64,000 bases of DNA. Source: Octopus sinensis (lineage: Eukaryota). The DNA lies in contig NC_043014.1 of NCBI RefSeq assembly GCF_006345805.1, positions 2,914,001 to 2,978,000 of the forward strand, read 5' to 3'. Position numbers and translations under genes: made by a program. Below, piece by piece: positions 44,145-58,000 of the stretch. Below the pieces are notes generated by a model that worked only from the letters and a program-made list of their open reading frames with translations, did no database searches and was not told where the DNA came from. How positions within the stretch are numbered: position 1 is the first letter of the stretch; every line of letters starts with the position of its first letter.

Positions 44145-44840
44145 GTTGAAGGAAGAGGAAGAGGAGAGAGAGAGAGAGTAAGAGGAGAGAGAGGGAGGAG
44201 GAAGAGAGAGAGAGAGGAAGAGAGAGAAGGAAGAAGAGGAGAGAGAAGGAGAAAGAAGAGAGAGAGGGAAGAAGAGGAGAGAGAGAGGAAGAGGAGAGAG
44301 AGGGAAGAAGAGAGAGAGGGAAGAAGAGGAGAGAGAGATGGAGGAATAGGAGAGAGAGAGGGAGGAAGAGGAGAGAGGGAAGAAGAGGAGAGAGAGATGG
44401 AGGAAGAAGAGGAGAGAGAGAGGAAGAGGAGAGAGAGAGAGATGAAGAAGAGGAGAGAGAGAGGAGGAAGAGGAGGAAGAGAGGGAAGAAGAGGAGAGAG
44501 AGATGGAGGAAGAGAGAGAGAGATGGAGGAAGAGAGAGAGAGGGAGGAAGAGGAGAGAGAGATGGAGGAAGAGGAGAGAGAGAGAGGGAGGAAGAGGAGA
44601 GAGAGATGGAGGAAGAGGAGAGAGGGAAGAAGAGGAGAGAGAGATGGAGGAAGAGGAGAGAGAGATGGAGGAAGAGGAGAGAGAGATGGAGGAAGAGGAG
44701 AGAGAGAGGAAGAGGAGAGAGAGATGAAGGAAGAGGAGAGAGAGAGGGAGGAAGAGAGGGAAGAAGAGGAGAAAGAGAGGGATGGAGGAGGAGAAAGAGA
44801 GGGAGGAGGAGGAGAAAGAGAGGGAGGAGGAGGAGGAAGC
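44145..44840 (+). repeat. Purine-only (GAG/GA)n tract directly after the HAUS5 stop codon
   Basis: Direct reading. Confidence 0.95.
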
Positions 44841-44851
44841 AGCTGGGAGAA

Positions 44852-44981
44852 TCAACAGAGATCTGCAACTTGATATTGGCGGAGTTGTGCCACGGCCACT
44901 TTCCATCGTTCCATCCACTGGTCAAACGTTGAGCCGTTTACTTTAACCCATGGCACGGCATGTTGAGCAGGCTGCGTTTCC
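44852..44981 (-). CDS. HAUS5: HAUS5 terminal coding exon
   Basis: ccacag|gga; ETQPAQHAVPWVKVNGSTFDQWMERWKVAVAQLRQYQVADLC then TGA. Confidence 0.9.
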
Positions 44982-45848
44982 CTGTGGAAGACAGAAAACA
45001 AAAAAAAAATGTATGCACATCATCATCATAATTGTCATCATCATTTAACGTCCGTTGTCCATGCTGGCATGGGTTGGTCAGTTTGACCGGGGCAGGTAAG
45101 CTGGAAGGCTGCACCAGACTCCAGTCCGATTTGCCATGGTTTCCCATGGCTGGAGGACCTTCCTAACACCAACCACTCCAAATGTGTAATGGGTGCTTTT
45201 ACGTGACACCGGCATGGGTGCCACTTGCTCGATACTGGAGTGCATTTATGTGCCACCAACACAGGTGCCATATGCGTGACACTGGTATCTGCCACGACTG
45301 CGATTTTGCTTGGCTTGATGGGTCTTCCTCTCAAGCACGACAAAATGCCAAAAGTCTTGGTTATTGCCTGCATGAGGCCCAACACTTATATATATTTCTT
45401 TATTGCCCACAAGGGGCTAAACATAGAGGGGACAAATAAGGAAAGACAAAGGGATTAAGTCAGTTACATCGACCTCAGTGCGAAACTGGTACTTTATTTA
45501 TCGACCCTTTCATCCTTTCGGGGTCGATAAATAAAGTACCAGTTTTGCACTGGGGTCAATGTAACCGACTTAATCCCTTTGTCTTTCCTTATTTGTCCCC
45601 TCTATGTTTAGCCCCTTGTGGACAATAAAGAAATATCATCATCATCATCATCGTTTAGCGTCCGCTTTCCATGCTAGCATGGGTTGGACGGGTCAACTGG
45701 GGTCTGTGAAGCTGGAAGGCTTCGTCAGGCCCAGTCAGATCTGGCAGTGTTTCTACAGCTGGATGCCCTTCCTAACGCCAATATATACATTATATATACA
45801 CATACATAAATACATGTCACACACATACATACACTGTATGATTGTGTG

Positions 45849-45909
<61 letters not shown>

Positions 45910-46675
45910 TGGAATACTAGATCTCGAAGCAAATAAAGCTATGAATAATAGCCATACTGAGTTTAAAAAGTCAGAGGCCACCCAATATTTACATATTTAT
46001 ATGCTATTGTTTATAGCTTTATGCGCTTCGAGACCCATTATTCCAACGAAAAGAATTATTTCACTTTCTCTCCAAAGTTAACAAATACTTATGGCATGAA
46101 AAAAAACATATATATATCATAATCATCCTCATCATTTAACATCCATTTTTCCATGCTGGCATGATTGGACAGGCTGAAGGGCTGGCAGGCTGAAGGGCTG
46201 CACAGTCATCTGGTTGGTTGCACGCCCTTCCTAACACCAGCCACTTTACAAAATGTACCAGGTGCTCTTTACATGACACCGGCACAGGTGCCTTCTACAT
46301 GGAGCCAGCACGAGTGCCTTTTATGCGGCACTGGCACCGGTACTTACACACTCACACATACAAACATCATCATCATCGTTTAACGTCCGTTCTCCATGCT
46401 AGCATGGGTTGGACAGTTCGACCGGGGATCTGGGAGGCCAGAAGGCTGCACCAGGCTCCAGTCTGATCTGGCAGTGTTTCTACGGCTGGATGCCCTTCCT
46501 AACGCCAACCACTCCGTGAGTGTAGTGGGTGCTTTTTACGTCCCACCGGCACAGGTGCCAGGCGAGGCTGGCAACGGCCACAATCGGATAGGTGCATTTT
46601 ACGTGCCACCGGCACGGAAGCCAGCCGAGGCGGCACTGGCATCAGCCACGATTCGGATGGTGCTTTTTACGTGCC

Positions 46676-46706
<31 letters not shown>

Positions 46707-48647
46707 ATATATTATATTATATTATATTAAATTAGAGATAAAACCACTATTAGGCAAATCAAACAGTGAAAATCATAAGCCAATACATAGAAATAAAATT
46801 AATTAAAAAATATGAAAAATATAAAATATAAAAATCCAATTAAAATATTTAAATTAATAAATTAAACTTATAAATTTTAAATATATATATATATATTTTT
46901 ATTATTATTTTATTTATTTATTTATTCATCATCATCATCATCGTCGTTTAACGTCCGTTCTCCATGCTAGCATGGGTTGGACGGTTCGACCGGGGTTCTG
47001 GGAAGCCAGAAGGCTGCACCAGGCTCCAGTCTAATTTGGCAATGTTTCTACAGCTGGATGCCCTTCCTAACGCCAACCACTCCGTGAGTGTAGTGGGTGC
47101 TTTTTACGTGCCACCTGCACAGGTGCCAGGCGGGGCTGGCAACGGCCACGGTCAGATTGGTGTATTTTATGTGCCACCGGCACGGAAGCCAGTCGAGCGG
47201 CGGTGCTGGCATCGGCCACGAGTCGGATAGTGCTTTTTACGTACCACCAGACCAGGGATCCTGGCTGGTTCAATTCGATTTCGATTTCGCTTGCCCCAAC
47301 ATGTCTTCACAAGCAAAGGGGGTTGGCAAGGGTGCCTGTCGTACGGCCGCATTGGAGTATTTTACGTGCCACGGCCACGAGTCGGATAGTGCTTTTTACG
47401 TACCACCAGACCAGGGATCCTGGCTGGTTCAATTCGATTTCGATTTCGCTTGCCCCAACATGTCTTCACAAGCAAAGGGGGTTGGCATGGTGTGCTGTCG
47501 TACGGTCGCATTGGAGTATTTTACGTGCCACGGCCACGAGTCGGATAGTGCTTTTTACGTACCACCAGGCCAGGGATCCTGGCTGGTTCAATTCGGTTTC
47601 GCTTGCCCCAACATGTCTTCGCAAGCATGGGGGGTTGGCATGGGTGTCTGTCGTCGGATGAGATTCTATATCGACTTCGCTTGCCTCAACCGGTCTTTGT
47701 GTCCAAGGGAGGAAAGGCATTCATAAGTGGGCTGGGCTCACTTGTCCTGCCTGGTCTTCTCACGTACAGAATATTTCCAAAGGTCTCGGTCTCTGGTCAT
47801 TTCCTCAGTGAGGCCTAAAGTTCGAAGGTCGTGCTTCACCACCTCATCCCAGGTTTTCCTGGGTCTACCTCTTCCACGGGTTCCCTCAACTGCTAGGGAT
47901 TGGCACTTTCTCACACACCTATCTTCATCCATTCTCGCCACATGACCATACCAGCGCAATCGTCTCTCTTGCACACCACAACTGATGCTTCTTAGGTACA
48001 ACATTTCTCTCAAGGTGCTAACGCTCTGTCGAGTATGTACACTGACATACACATCCATCGGAGCATACTGGCTTCATTCCTCACGAGCTTACGCATGTCC
48101 TCAGCAGTCACGGCCCATGTTTCGCTGCCATGTAGCATGGCTGTTCGTACACACGCATCATACAGTCTGCCTTTTACTCTGAGCGAGAGGCCTTTAGTCA
48201 CCAGCAGAGGTAAGAGCTCCCTAAACTTTGCCCAGGCTATTCTTGCTTATTATTCAGGCTTATTATATATATATACTAGCAGTATCACCCGGCGTTGCTC
48301 GGGTTTGTAAGGGAAATAACTAAAAAGCATTTTTAGAGAGTTATAGCCAAAAAATGGAAAAAAATGATGATAAATTTTTTTTAGTTAAAAAGGTCGAGTT
48401 GCGTCTCCTAGACAGTCTGTGGTTTGTGTTTCTGATTCTCGACCCCATGTCGAATTTATCGATTTTTTCAGAACTGGGGGAACTTTTCAAAATTTTCGCT
48501 GCGTTAGTTTTGAATTATGACATTGGGCTATGTGTGTGTCAAGTTTCATCAGAATCGGTTGAAAGCCGTGGTCAGGGTGAGGGTACAAGCAAACAGACAC
48601 ACAGAAACACACACAGACAAACTGCCGTTTATATATAGAGAGAAGAG

Positions 48648-48681
<34 letters not shown>

Positions 48682-49033
48682 ATATATATATACACACAGA
48701 GTAACATCATCATCATTACATATTTGGGAGTTTTTCCATGGTTCTACACACTGCAGGAATGGTAAAGAATGAGCGAATGAAGAACAAGGAGGAATTTAGC
48801 AATGAAAAGAGAAACATCAAGAACGGTCAGCCTCTTACCATTCTTCGATTCGGCGCTTCAGCACTGACAGGGAATTGATGTCTGACACAACTTTCTTCAG
48901 GTTCTGCTTTAGATTCTGGTGTATTGAGGTCTGGATTTCATGTTCGCTTTGGTTCAGCATTTCAAAGAGTTCTGAGACAAAGACAGAGAAGACGCACTCA
49001 AAACAGAGATAAGAATATGGACAGGCTCGTCAA

Positions 49034-49085
<52 letters not shown>

Positions 49086-52000
49086 CATATATACACCTAA
49101 AGATTTGTGTGTGTTTCCTCCCTGCCAGTTTGACAACAGGTGTTAGTTTGTTTATGTCATTGTAGCTCAGCAGTTCAGCAAAAGAGATCGATACAAAAAG
49201 TACCAGGCCAAAATATTTGGTACTGGGGGCATAGGGTCAATTCCATCATCACCACCACCACCATTATCATTTAATGTCCATTTTCCAAGCTGGCATGGGT
49301 TTGACAGTTTGAGCTGGAGCCAGTAAGTTAGAGAGCCGCACACCTGACTGAAACGAGTAAAAGATACGAGGAAAAATCAAAATGCGAATTACCTTCGAGT
49401 TTCTCAATGATTTCCACTTCGTTTCCAGAATCCGACTGATTCGAGGTTGCATCGGTGGCAAGGTTTTGGATCAACTGGTTCTTCATAATGTTCGCTTTCA
49501 ATTGGCTGATGTGAGCCAGTATATGCTCTGGGGCCTAAAATAAACAAAGTACAAACTGCACATAGCTTTTTACTTAATAAATCACCACCATCACCATCAT
49601 ATTAGAGATAAAACCTCTATTATGCAACTCAAACAGTGATAGACATAAACCAATACATAAATAACAAATAAAATAAAATATATATATATATATATATATG
49701 TATATCTGTATCTATCCATCTATCTATCTATCTATCTATCTATATATGTATCTTTACAAAAATGTATATATGTATATACACATATTGATGTATATATATT
49801 TGTATATGCACTTATAATACAGATATATAAATGCATACACACAAACACACACACACACACACAAGTACACCTACACACACACACACACCTACACACCACA
49901 CACACACCTACACACACACACACACACTCATATTCCAGCATGAATTCTTTTTCCCATTTTTATTTTTTTAACTCTGAAATTTTAAAAGTACTTTTGTGAT
50001 TCATAACCATATTTAGTTGTCATCCATGAAATGCATTAACCATTTGTTAATACCATTCTGTAAATATGTACATGAAGATATCTGCGGCTTTATATAGCTA
50101 TGGTAAGACCTCACCTGGAATTTGCATCACCGGTCTGGAACCCCTATCTTGCCCAGGATATCAATCGTCTGGAAGCTGTTCAGTGACGTGCAACCAAAAG
50201 AATAACCTCCATCAGGCATTTGCCATATTCTGAACGCCTTACTTCCCTGGGCATGGACACATTGAAACTCCTACATCTGGCAGCTGACTTGGCAGACACC
50301 CATAAAATTATCAACCATCTTACAAACAATAACTCTGAGCACCTTTTCAAACTCCACCCGTCTAACACCCGTGGACATATTTACAAAGTCAGAAAACAGC
50401 ACAGCTCCCATGACTTCAGGAAACATTTTTTCACGTTGAGAGTTGCTGAAGCATGGAACAAACTGCCGGCATCAGTTGTTAGTTGTCGGAGCACTGCATC
50501 CTTCAAAACTTCCATGCTTCCTGAGAGATTCACCAACACTACACCTGATTTTCTCCCCTCTATACACACGCTGAAGCATGGAACAAACTGCCAGCATCGG
50601 TTGTTAGTTGTCGGAGCACTGCATCCTTCAAAACTTCCATGCTTTCTGAGATTCGCCAACACTACACCTGATTTTCTCCCCTCCATACACACACAAGCAT
50701 GTATCTGACTCATACATTGTTCGCTTCCCAGACATTTGTACATTACTGCATATGCTTTATATGCACTTTCTGACAAGTTGTGGTGCACCTGAGCACTGTA
50801 TACAATAATTTCATTATATTATATTATCATCATATAACGTTCGTTTTTCCATGTTGGACAGTCTGTCAGGAACTGGTGAGGCCCGGGGGTCACATTTGGC
50901 ACCATTTGTTTGTCTTGGCATGCTTTCTGTGTGATACAGTGATGTGGAAATATGGAAACCATAGCGACAACATCAAGGGCAATGATGAAGGGATGGCAAT
51001 TACATTAACGAGAACATCGTTTTTAAATCCGCTTTTCCATGCTGGTATGAGTTGGATGAGACTTAGTGATGCTGGGCTTCATGGAGGGATGTCTTTATAG
51101 AGTTAACTGGCTGCTTTTTTACATGACACAAGCACCAACGTTCTTTACATGGCACCAGTGTTTTTCATGCGATGCCAGCATCTGGTACTGGGGCCACAGA
51201 AAAAGCACTGATGTTGGTGCCGCATCAAATCACTGTTACTGGTGCCATGTAAAAAGCATCAGTGTTTCTTACGTGGCACCAGCTTCAGTGCCAGTCGCAC
51301 ATAAAAGGCACCCAATACACTCTCAGAGTGGTTGGCATTAGGAAGGACATCCAGCTGTAGAAACACTGCCAGATCAGATTGGAGCCTGGTGCAGATTGGA
51401 GCCTGGTGCAGATTGGAGCCTGGTCCAACCCTTGCCAGCATGAGAAGCGGATATTAAACGATGATGATGATTCACACAGAATTAATCCTGCATTATCTTG
51501 CGGCTTCAAGATTCTGATAAGGTAACTCTTAATTTATGTGCAGCTGTATGTATTATATATGCGTGTCATATATATGTTTATATATATATATATATATATA
51601 AAAATCATCATAATCATCATCATCGATTAACGTCTGTTTCCCATGCTGGCATGGGTTGGACAATTTGACTAAGGTCTGGAGAGCCAGCTGCTGCGCCATG
51701 CACCAATCTGATCTTGCAGAGTTTCTACAACTGGATGCCCTTCCTAATGCCAACCACTCCAAGAGTGTAGTGGGCACTTTTTACATGCCACCAGCACAGG
51801 AACCAGTAAGGCGGCACTGGCATCAGTCACAATCTGTTAGTGCCTCTTACGTGCCACAGCCGCGCGAGAGCCAGTCAGGTGGACCTGATATTGCAGGGTT
51901 GGTGTGAGAGGCTAAATTTGACCTGCCTGAACGTAAAACAGGCAGAACGTATTGGCCAGATGTGGCTGGATGTGGGCAGATTTAGCTGGCTGTAGCTGGT

Positions 52001-55000
52001 TTTAAATCTAAAGAGTTAAACAATCACACCACTGGAACCTCGAAGTTATAGTATTGGAATGGAAGCACTCCGTCGGTTATGACGACGAGGTTTCCGGTTG
52101 ATCCGATCAACGGAACAGCCTGCTCGTGAAATTAACGTGTAAGTGGCTGAGCACTCCACAGACACGTGTACCCTTAACGTAGTTCTCAGGGATATTCAGC
52201 GTGACACAGAGAGTGACAAGGCCGGCCCCTTTGAAGTACAGGTACAACAGAAACAGGAAATAAGAGTGAGAGAAAGTTGTGGTGAAATAGTACAGCAGGG
52301 ATCACCACCACCCCCTGCCGGAGCCTCGTGGAACTTTAGGCATTTTCACTCAATAAACACTCACAACGCCCGGTCTGGGAATTGAAACCACGATCCTACG
52401 ACCGCGAGTCCGCTGCCCTAACCACTGGGCCATTGCGCCTCCACAGTTATGGGATAATGCAGGATTAAATCAAAATGATGTGAATAAATAAACATTAGAA
52501 TTGACAGAATAACTTGAATACCAAAGGCTTAAAGGATTATCCCTTGGTTTTGGTAATCCACATGGAACTCACCTTAAACATCGGGAAGTCTACTGCTCTA
52601 AGTATTCCTCGGAGACAGTTCTCGGAGTTGAGTACAAAATCTGGATTCAGCTGGTTTATAGACAATTCGGTCCTGGGGATTTTACATCTGAAAATATTAA
52701 ACGTAGTTTAAAACAACAGCCCAGTGAATTTATTGTTACTGTATCCATGCTTGTGTGTATATATACATACATACATATATTACATACATATATATATACA
52801 CACACACACACACATACATACATACACACGCAATGTGTACGTCATCATCATTTAACGTCCTTTTTTTCCGTGCTGGCATGGGTTAGACGGTTCGACAAGA
52901 ACACACACCAGCAGCAGCAGCAACAACAACAACAGGAGCGAAAAAGTTTCAACTTGCTAAAAACAATCGTCTTAAAAATGGAAGGGCGACTTTGTTCATT
53001 TAGCACTAAACACACCAAATAAACATGGAATGGTCATGGTTGGAACGTCTACGGCGTTAAGTTCACTAACACTAACCCCTCCTGGGACTAAACTGAGCCG
53101 CAAGAAACACTCACATCAATAACACAATCAGGACTAGAAATTAAAAAAACAGAAGGGAGATAACAACGAAATGCATATAACGGTAAAGAAACCAGAGTTG
53201 TTTCCCTTCGGTAAGTAAACTTCTGCGAGCCAGGAAGGTTTGTTGTAAGGTTTTCATAAAAATAGCCGATGAACCTTCCTCTAATCCAGCCACGGGCAAC
53301 CTTTTTGAGAAGTTGGACACATGGGATAATAGCTCGTCATCAAGCGGGCCCGCACTTTAGAAAAACTCTCAGGCCACAGTTTTACTACGACTGCCCTCAT
53401 CAAACCCTACAGCCTAGCTTTCGCAATAGAAAAGACACGGACGTGAATGTTGTTCAGAGAATCTGCAAAAGGCGGTGGATTCGGGGCATCGCTGGTGCGC
53501 CGAATCCACAAAATATGTTGCAGCACTTCTTGTGGTTCTTTATAATCGGAGTTCGAACCCAAGTGGGACCGAATCTACCTTTTTTCCTTCTGTGATCGAT
53601 AATATAAAATACCTATTTCTTTATTACCTACAAGGGGTTAAACACAGAGGGGACAAACAAGGGCAGACAAACGGATTAAGTCGATTACATCGACCCCAGT
53701 GCGTAACTGGTACTTAATTTATCGACCCCCGAAAGGATGAAAGGCAAAGTCGACCTCAGCAGAATTTGAACTCAGAACGTAACAGCAGACAACCACCCTA
53801 GGAGAAGGGCTGAGAGAAATATTACAGACTTGGACAAATATTTGACAGTGTCTTGTGCTGGGAAATTATGTACCGAGTTCGACTACAAGTGACGTCTGCG
53901 TCTCCTTCTGGGGTCGATAAAATAAAGCCCTGTACAAAAGAACTGGATGCCCTTCCTAACGCCAACCACTCCGAGAGTGTAGTGGGTGCTTTTCATGTGC
54001 CACCTGCACAGGTGCCAGACGAGGCTGGCAAACGACCACGATCGGATGGTGCTGTTTACGTGCCACCGGCACGGGGGCCAGACGAGGCTGGCAAACGGCC
54101 ACGAATGGATGGTGCTTTTTACGTGCCACCGACACGGAGACCAGTCAGGGTGGCGCTGGCAACGGCCACGTTCGGATGGTTCTCTTACGTGCCACCGGCA
54201 CGTATCTCAGCTACAATTTCCATTGATTTCAATCAGCATCAATGGTATGAGACCAAAGTGACCCCCTACCACTCGTACAATCAACCATTGACATGCAACC
54301 AAGGTATTACATCTTAACTTACCCATTGACATCAACCGTCATCAGATGAGGCAATGAAGCATCAAGAAATTTGGTTACTTCATCTGTGACCACATTTTTA
54401 AGGTCCCCCTCAAAATGTCGAACAGATTCCTTGTGGGGGACAAGTTTCTCTTTAACAAAGTTTACCATCTGGAAGTAGAAAAATATAAACAGCAGATAAA
54501 TATATCATCATCATCATCATTTAATATCTGTTGTCCATGCTGGCATGGTTGGATGGTCTGACCAGGTGTGGCAAGCTAGAAGGCTGCACCAGACTCCAGT
54601 CTGATTTGGACATGGTTTCTACGGCTGGATGCCCTTCCTAACACCAATCACTCCAAAAGTGTTGCCGGCACGGGTGCCATTTGCATGACCCCGGTATCTG
54701 CCACAACTGCGATTTTACTTGGCTTGATGAGTCCTCTTCTCAAGGACAACATAATGCCAAAGGTCTCCATCATTACCTCTGTGAGGCCAGCACTCAAAAG
54801 ACACTTCAAAGGTCTCAATCATTGGCTCCATGAGGACCAACATTCAAAAGGTGCTTTGAAGATCTCCATCATTGCCTCTGTGAGACCGAACACTCAAAAG
54901 ACAATTCAAAGGTCTCAATCATTAGCTCCATGGGGCCCAACATTCAAAAGACACTTCAAAGGTCTCAGTCACTGCCTCCGTGAGGCCCAACGCTCACAGC

Positions 55001-58000
55001 TTTTACCTACATTAGCTTCAAATTTTGGCACACATGGACAGTAATTTGGGGGGAGGGTGTAAGCCGATTGCATAATAATAAATGCCCTGATACAGTACCA
55101 GGCAGTGGCTCTCATGGCTTCTGATCTTAACTGATTGGAAGTGTTATCATGTACATAGTTTTGTCTTAGTATAAAAGATGGGCTACAGCAAATATTCTGC
55201 TCAATACCACAGATTTGTTTGTCAGTTGCTTGTCCTTAACCAGTTGAGCATGTCCCTTAGTGGTTGACAGTATGTGCCTCTCTGATCCTGATGGGTATAC
55301 TGGGCTTCGTATATTTTATCCCAGTGTCACTTTCATGGCATGCACTGCTCTCTCACTCAATAATAATAATAATTTTTTTTTTTACTACCCACAAGGGGCT
55401 AAACACAGAGGGGACAAACAAGGACAGACAAACGGATTAAGTCGATTACATCGACCCCAGTGCGTAACTGGTACTTAATTTATCAACCCCGAAAAGATGA
55501 AAGGCAAAGTCGACCTCGGCGGAATTTGAACTCAGAACTTAACGGCAGACGAAGCACAGTAATAATGGTTTCAAATTTTGCCATAAGAGCAGCAATTTTG
55601 GTGGGAGGGAATGGGTTGATTACATTGACCCCAGTACGCAACTGGTACTTAATTTATCGACCCTGAAAGGATGAAAGGCAAAGTCAACTTCGGCAGAATT
55701 TGAACTCAGAATGTAGCCACAGGCAAAATACCATTAAGTATTCCACCCAGAATGCTAATGATTTTGCTAGCTTGCCACCTTAATAATAACGATGATAATA
55801 ATAATAATAATAATGATAATAATAACATTGTTGTTGTTGCAAGCTTGCAGAATCGTTAACACATGCTTAGCAGCATTTTGCTTGTCCTTACATTCCAAGT
55901 TCAAGTTCTGCCGAAGCTGACTTCACCTTTTATCCTTTCAGGGTCACCAAAACAGGTACCAGTTGAATACTGGGGATCAATGTAATTGACTTACCCTTGT
56001 CCTGAAATTGCTGGCCTTGTGCCAAAATTTGAAATTATTGTTATTATTATTATTATTATTATTGAGTGAGAGAGCAGTGCATGCCATCAAAGTGACACAG
56101 GGGTACAATTATACGAAGCCCAGTATACCCATCATGACTAACCGTCTGATAAGGGTACACCAAGCACATGCATCACAACCATATGTGCACGACTTAGTGA
56201 TCTCATATCAAGATAAACAGCACATGACCTTGCAGGTGGGGCCCAGTTTGAATTTTCTTCAGGTCGAGTAACCCATCCCGCTCAAAAGGTCGCTGAATAA
56301 GAGTTGTTTAAGGTTGTTGAACGAAACACCCATGTTTCCAGAGGTGAATTATTCAAACCCCAAAGAATCCCTTTCAACACATGGCTATGATGCTCATCAT
56401 CATCGTTTAACGTCCGCTTTCCATGCTAGCATGGGTTGAACAGTTCAACTGGGGTCTGGGAAGCCGGAAGGCTGCACCAAGCCCAGTCTGATCTGGCAAT
56501 GTTTCTACGGCTGGATGCCCTTCTTAACGCCAACCACTCCGAGAGTGTAGTGGGTGCTTTTTATGTGCCACCTGCACAGGTGCCAGACGAGGCTGGCAAA
56601 CAGCCATGATCGGATGGTGCTTTTTATGTGCCACCGGTACAGGGGCCAGGCCTTTGCTAAGGCAGAGGTATTGTTTTCAGTCGGCTCAGGTTGATATTTA
56701 AAAATTCCTATTTTATAAAAAAAATGCAAAGAAATTCAGGTGAGATGATGATTACCTGAATATGGCCGTTATCTAGCTCGCTCTTGGATGAGTAGAAATC
56801 TTCATGGAGTTCTTGAATCAGATCACTTTTCTTTTGCTGAAAAGAAAAAAAAAAAAGACAAGATCAATAATTATGACTGTTTGAAGAAACACTGATGCTG
56901 CCCCGATGCAGCCATACTTCCTACTTTTTCCCCAGGTCCCACCCTGACACTTTACCCCAACCAACTTTTATCTCCCTTCCTATATGTTCCTTCTCGAGCC
57001 ATGCCAGTCTCATAAGGGCCGGTTTCCTGGTGTCAGTGGCGCAGAAATTCCCCACCTGGATGGGACGCCAGTCCATCGCAGTGTTACACATTTTTGCCAG
57101 CTAAGTGGACTGGAGCAACATGAAATACTCTCTTTTACTCTTTTACTTGTTTCAGTCATTTGACTGTGGCCATGCTGGAGCACCGCCTTTAATCGAGCAA
57201 CTCGACCCCGGGACCTATTCTTTTGTAAGCCCAGTACTTATTCTATCGGTCTCTTTTGCCAAACCACTAAGTGACGGGGACATAAACACACCAGCATCGG
57301 TTGTCAAGCAATGCTAGGGGGATAAACACAGACACACAAACATACACATATATATATATACATATATACGACGGGCTTCTTCCAGTTTCCGTCTACCAAA
57401 TCCACTCACAAGGCTTTGGTCGGCCCGAGGCTATAGCAGAAGACACTTGCCCAAGGTGCCACGCAGTGGGACTGAACCCGGAACAATGTGGTTGGTAAGC
57501 AAGCTACTTACCACACAGCCATCCTGCGCCTGAACTGTTTTGCTCAAGAACACAATGCATCGCCCGGTCCAGGAATCGAAACCACAACCTTACAATCACG
57601 AGTTCAACACCCTAGCCACTAAGCCAGGCATCTCCACAGCTCCCTTCCCAGCTCCACCCTGGTTACTCTCACCCACTCTTCTACAATGCAAACAGCCGGG
57701 AATCTCTTCTGCAGCTAGAAATCTGTTCTGACCCCTTCCTTCACGCTCAAACCTTTCGGCACCCAGCATAAAGCTGCCTCCCTCTCTCTACTATGGCCCT
57801 ACTCGGTTGAAGGGGGGATTTTAGTCTTGCAAGCTGTGTGGCCACCTTCATCATCATCGTTCGACCGTGGTCGAGACAATGGAATTTACCATGCTACGCC
57901 AGACTTCACGGTCCATCATGGCATTACGGAGGTCCTGTTGCTGGATGCCTGTATCCCTGGAGATTACATCAGGGTAGGAGAGTGTGCGCCCTCTGGTATT

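Noticed and set aside
43840-44925. 361-aa and 264-aa Leu/Ser/Pro ORFs overlapping the HAUS5 end
   Set aside because: They come from the CT-rich tract in other frames; the HAUS5-like frame stops at 44852.
46396-46806. Recurrent ORFs containing LQLDALPNANHS or YQIHSQG..AEDTCPRCHAVG
   Set aside because: Antisense or sense translations of RTE-tail and SINE repeats, not a protein family.
55082-55145. HDV-like ribozyme at the 5' end of the AAT-targeted element
   Set aside because: I could only find a simple hairpin, not the nested double pseudoknot.
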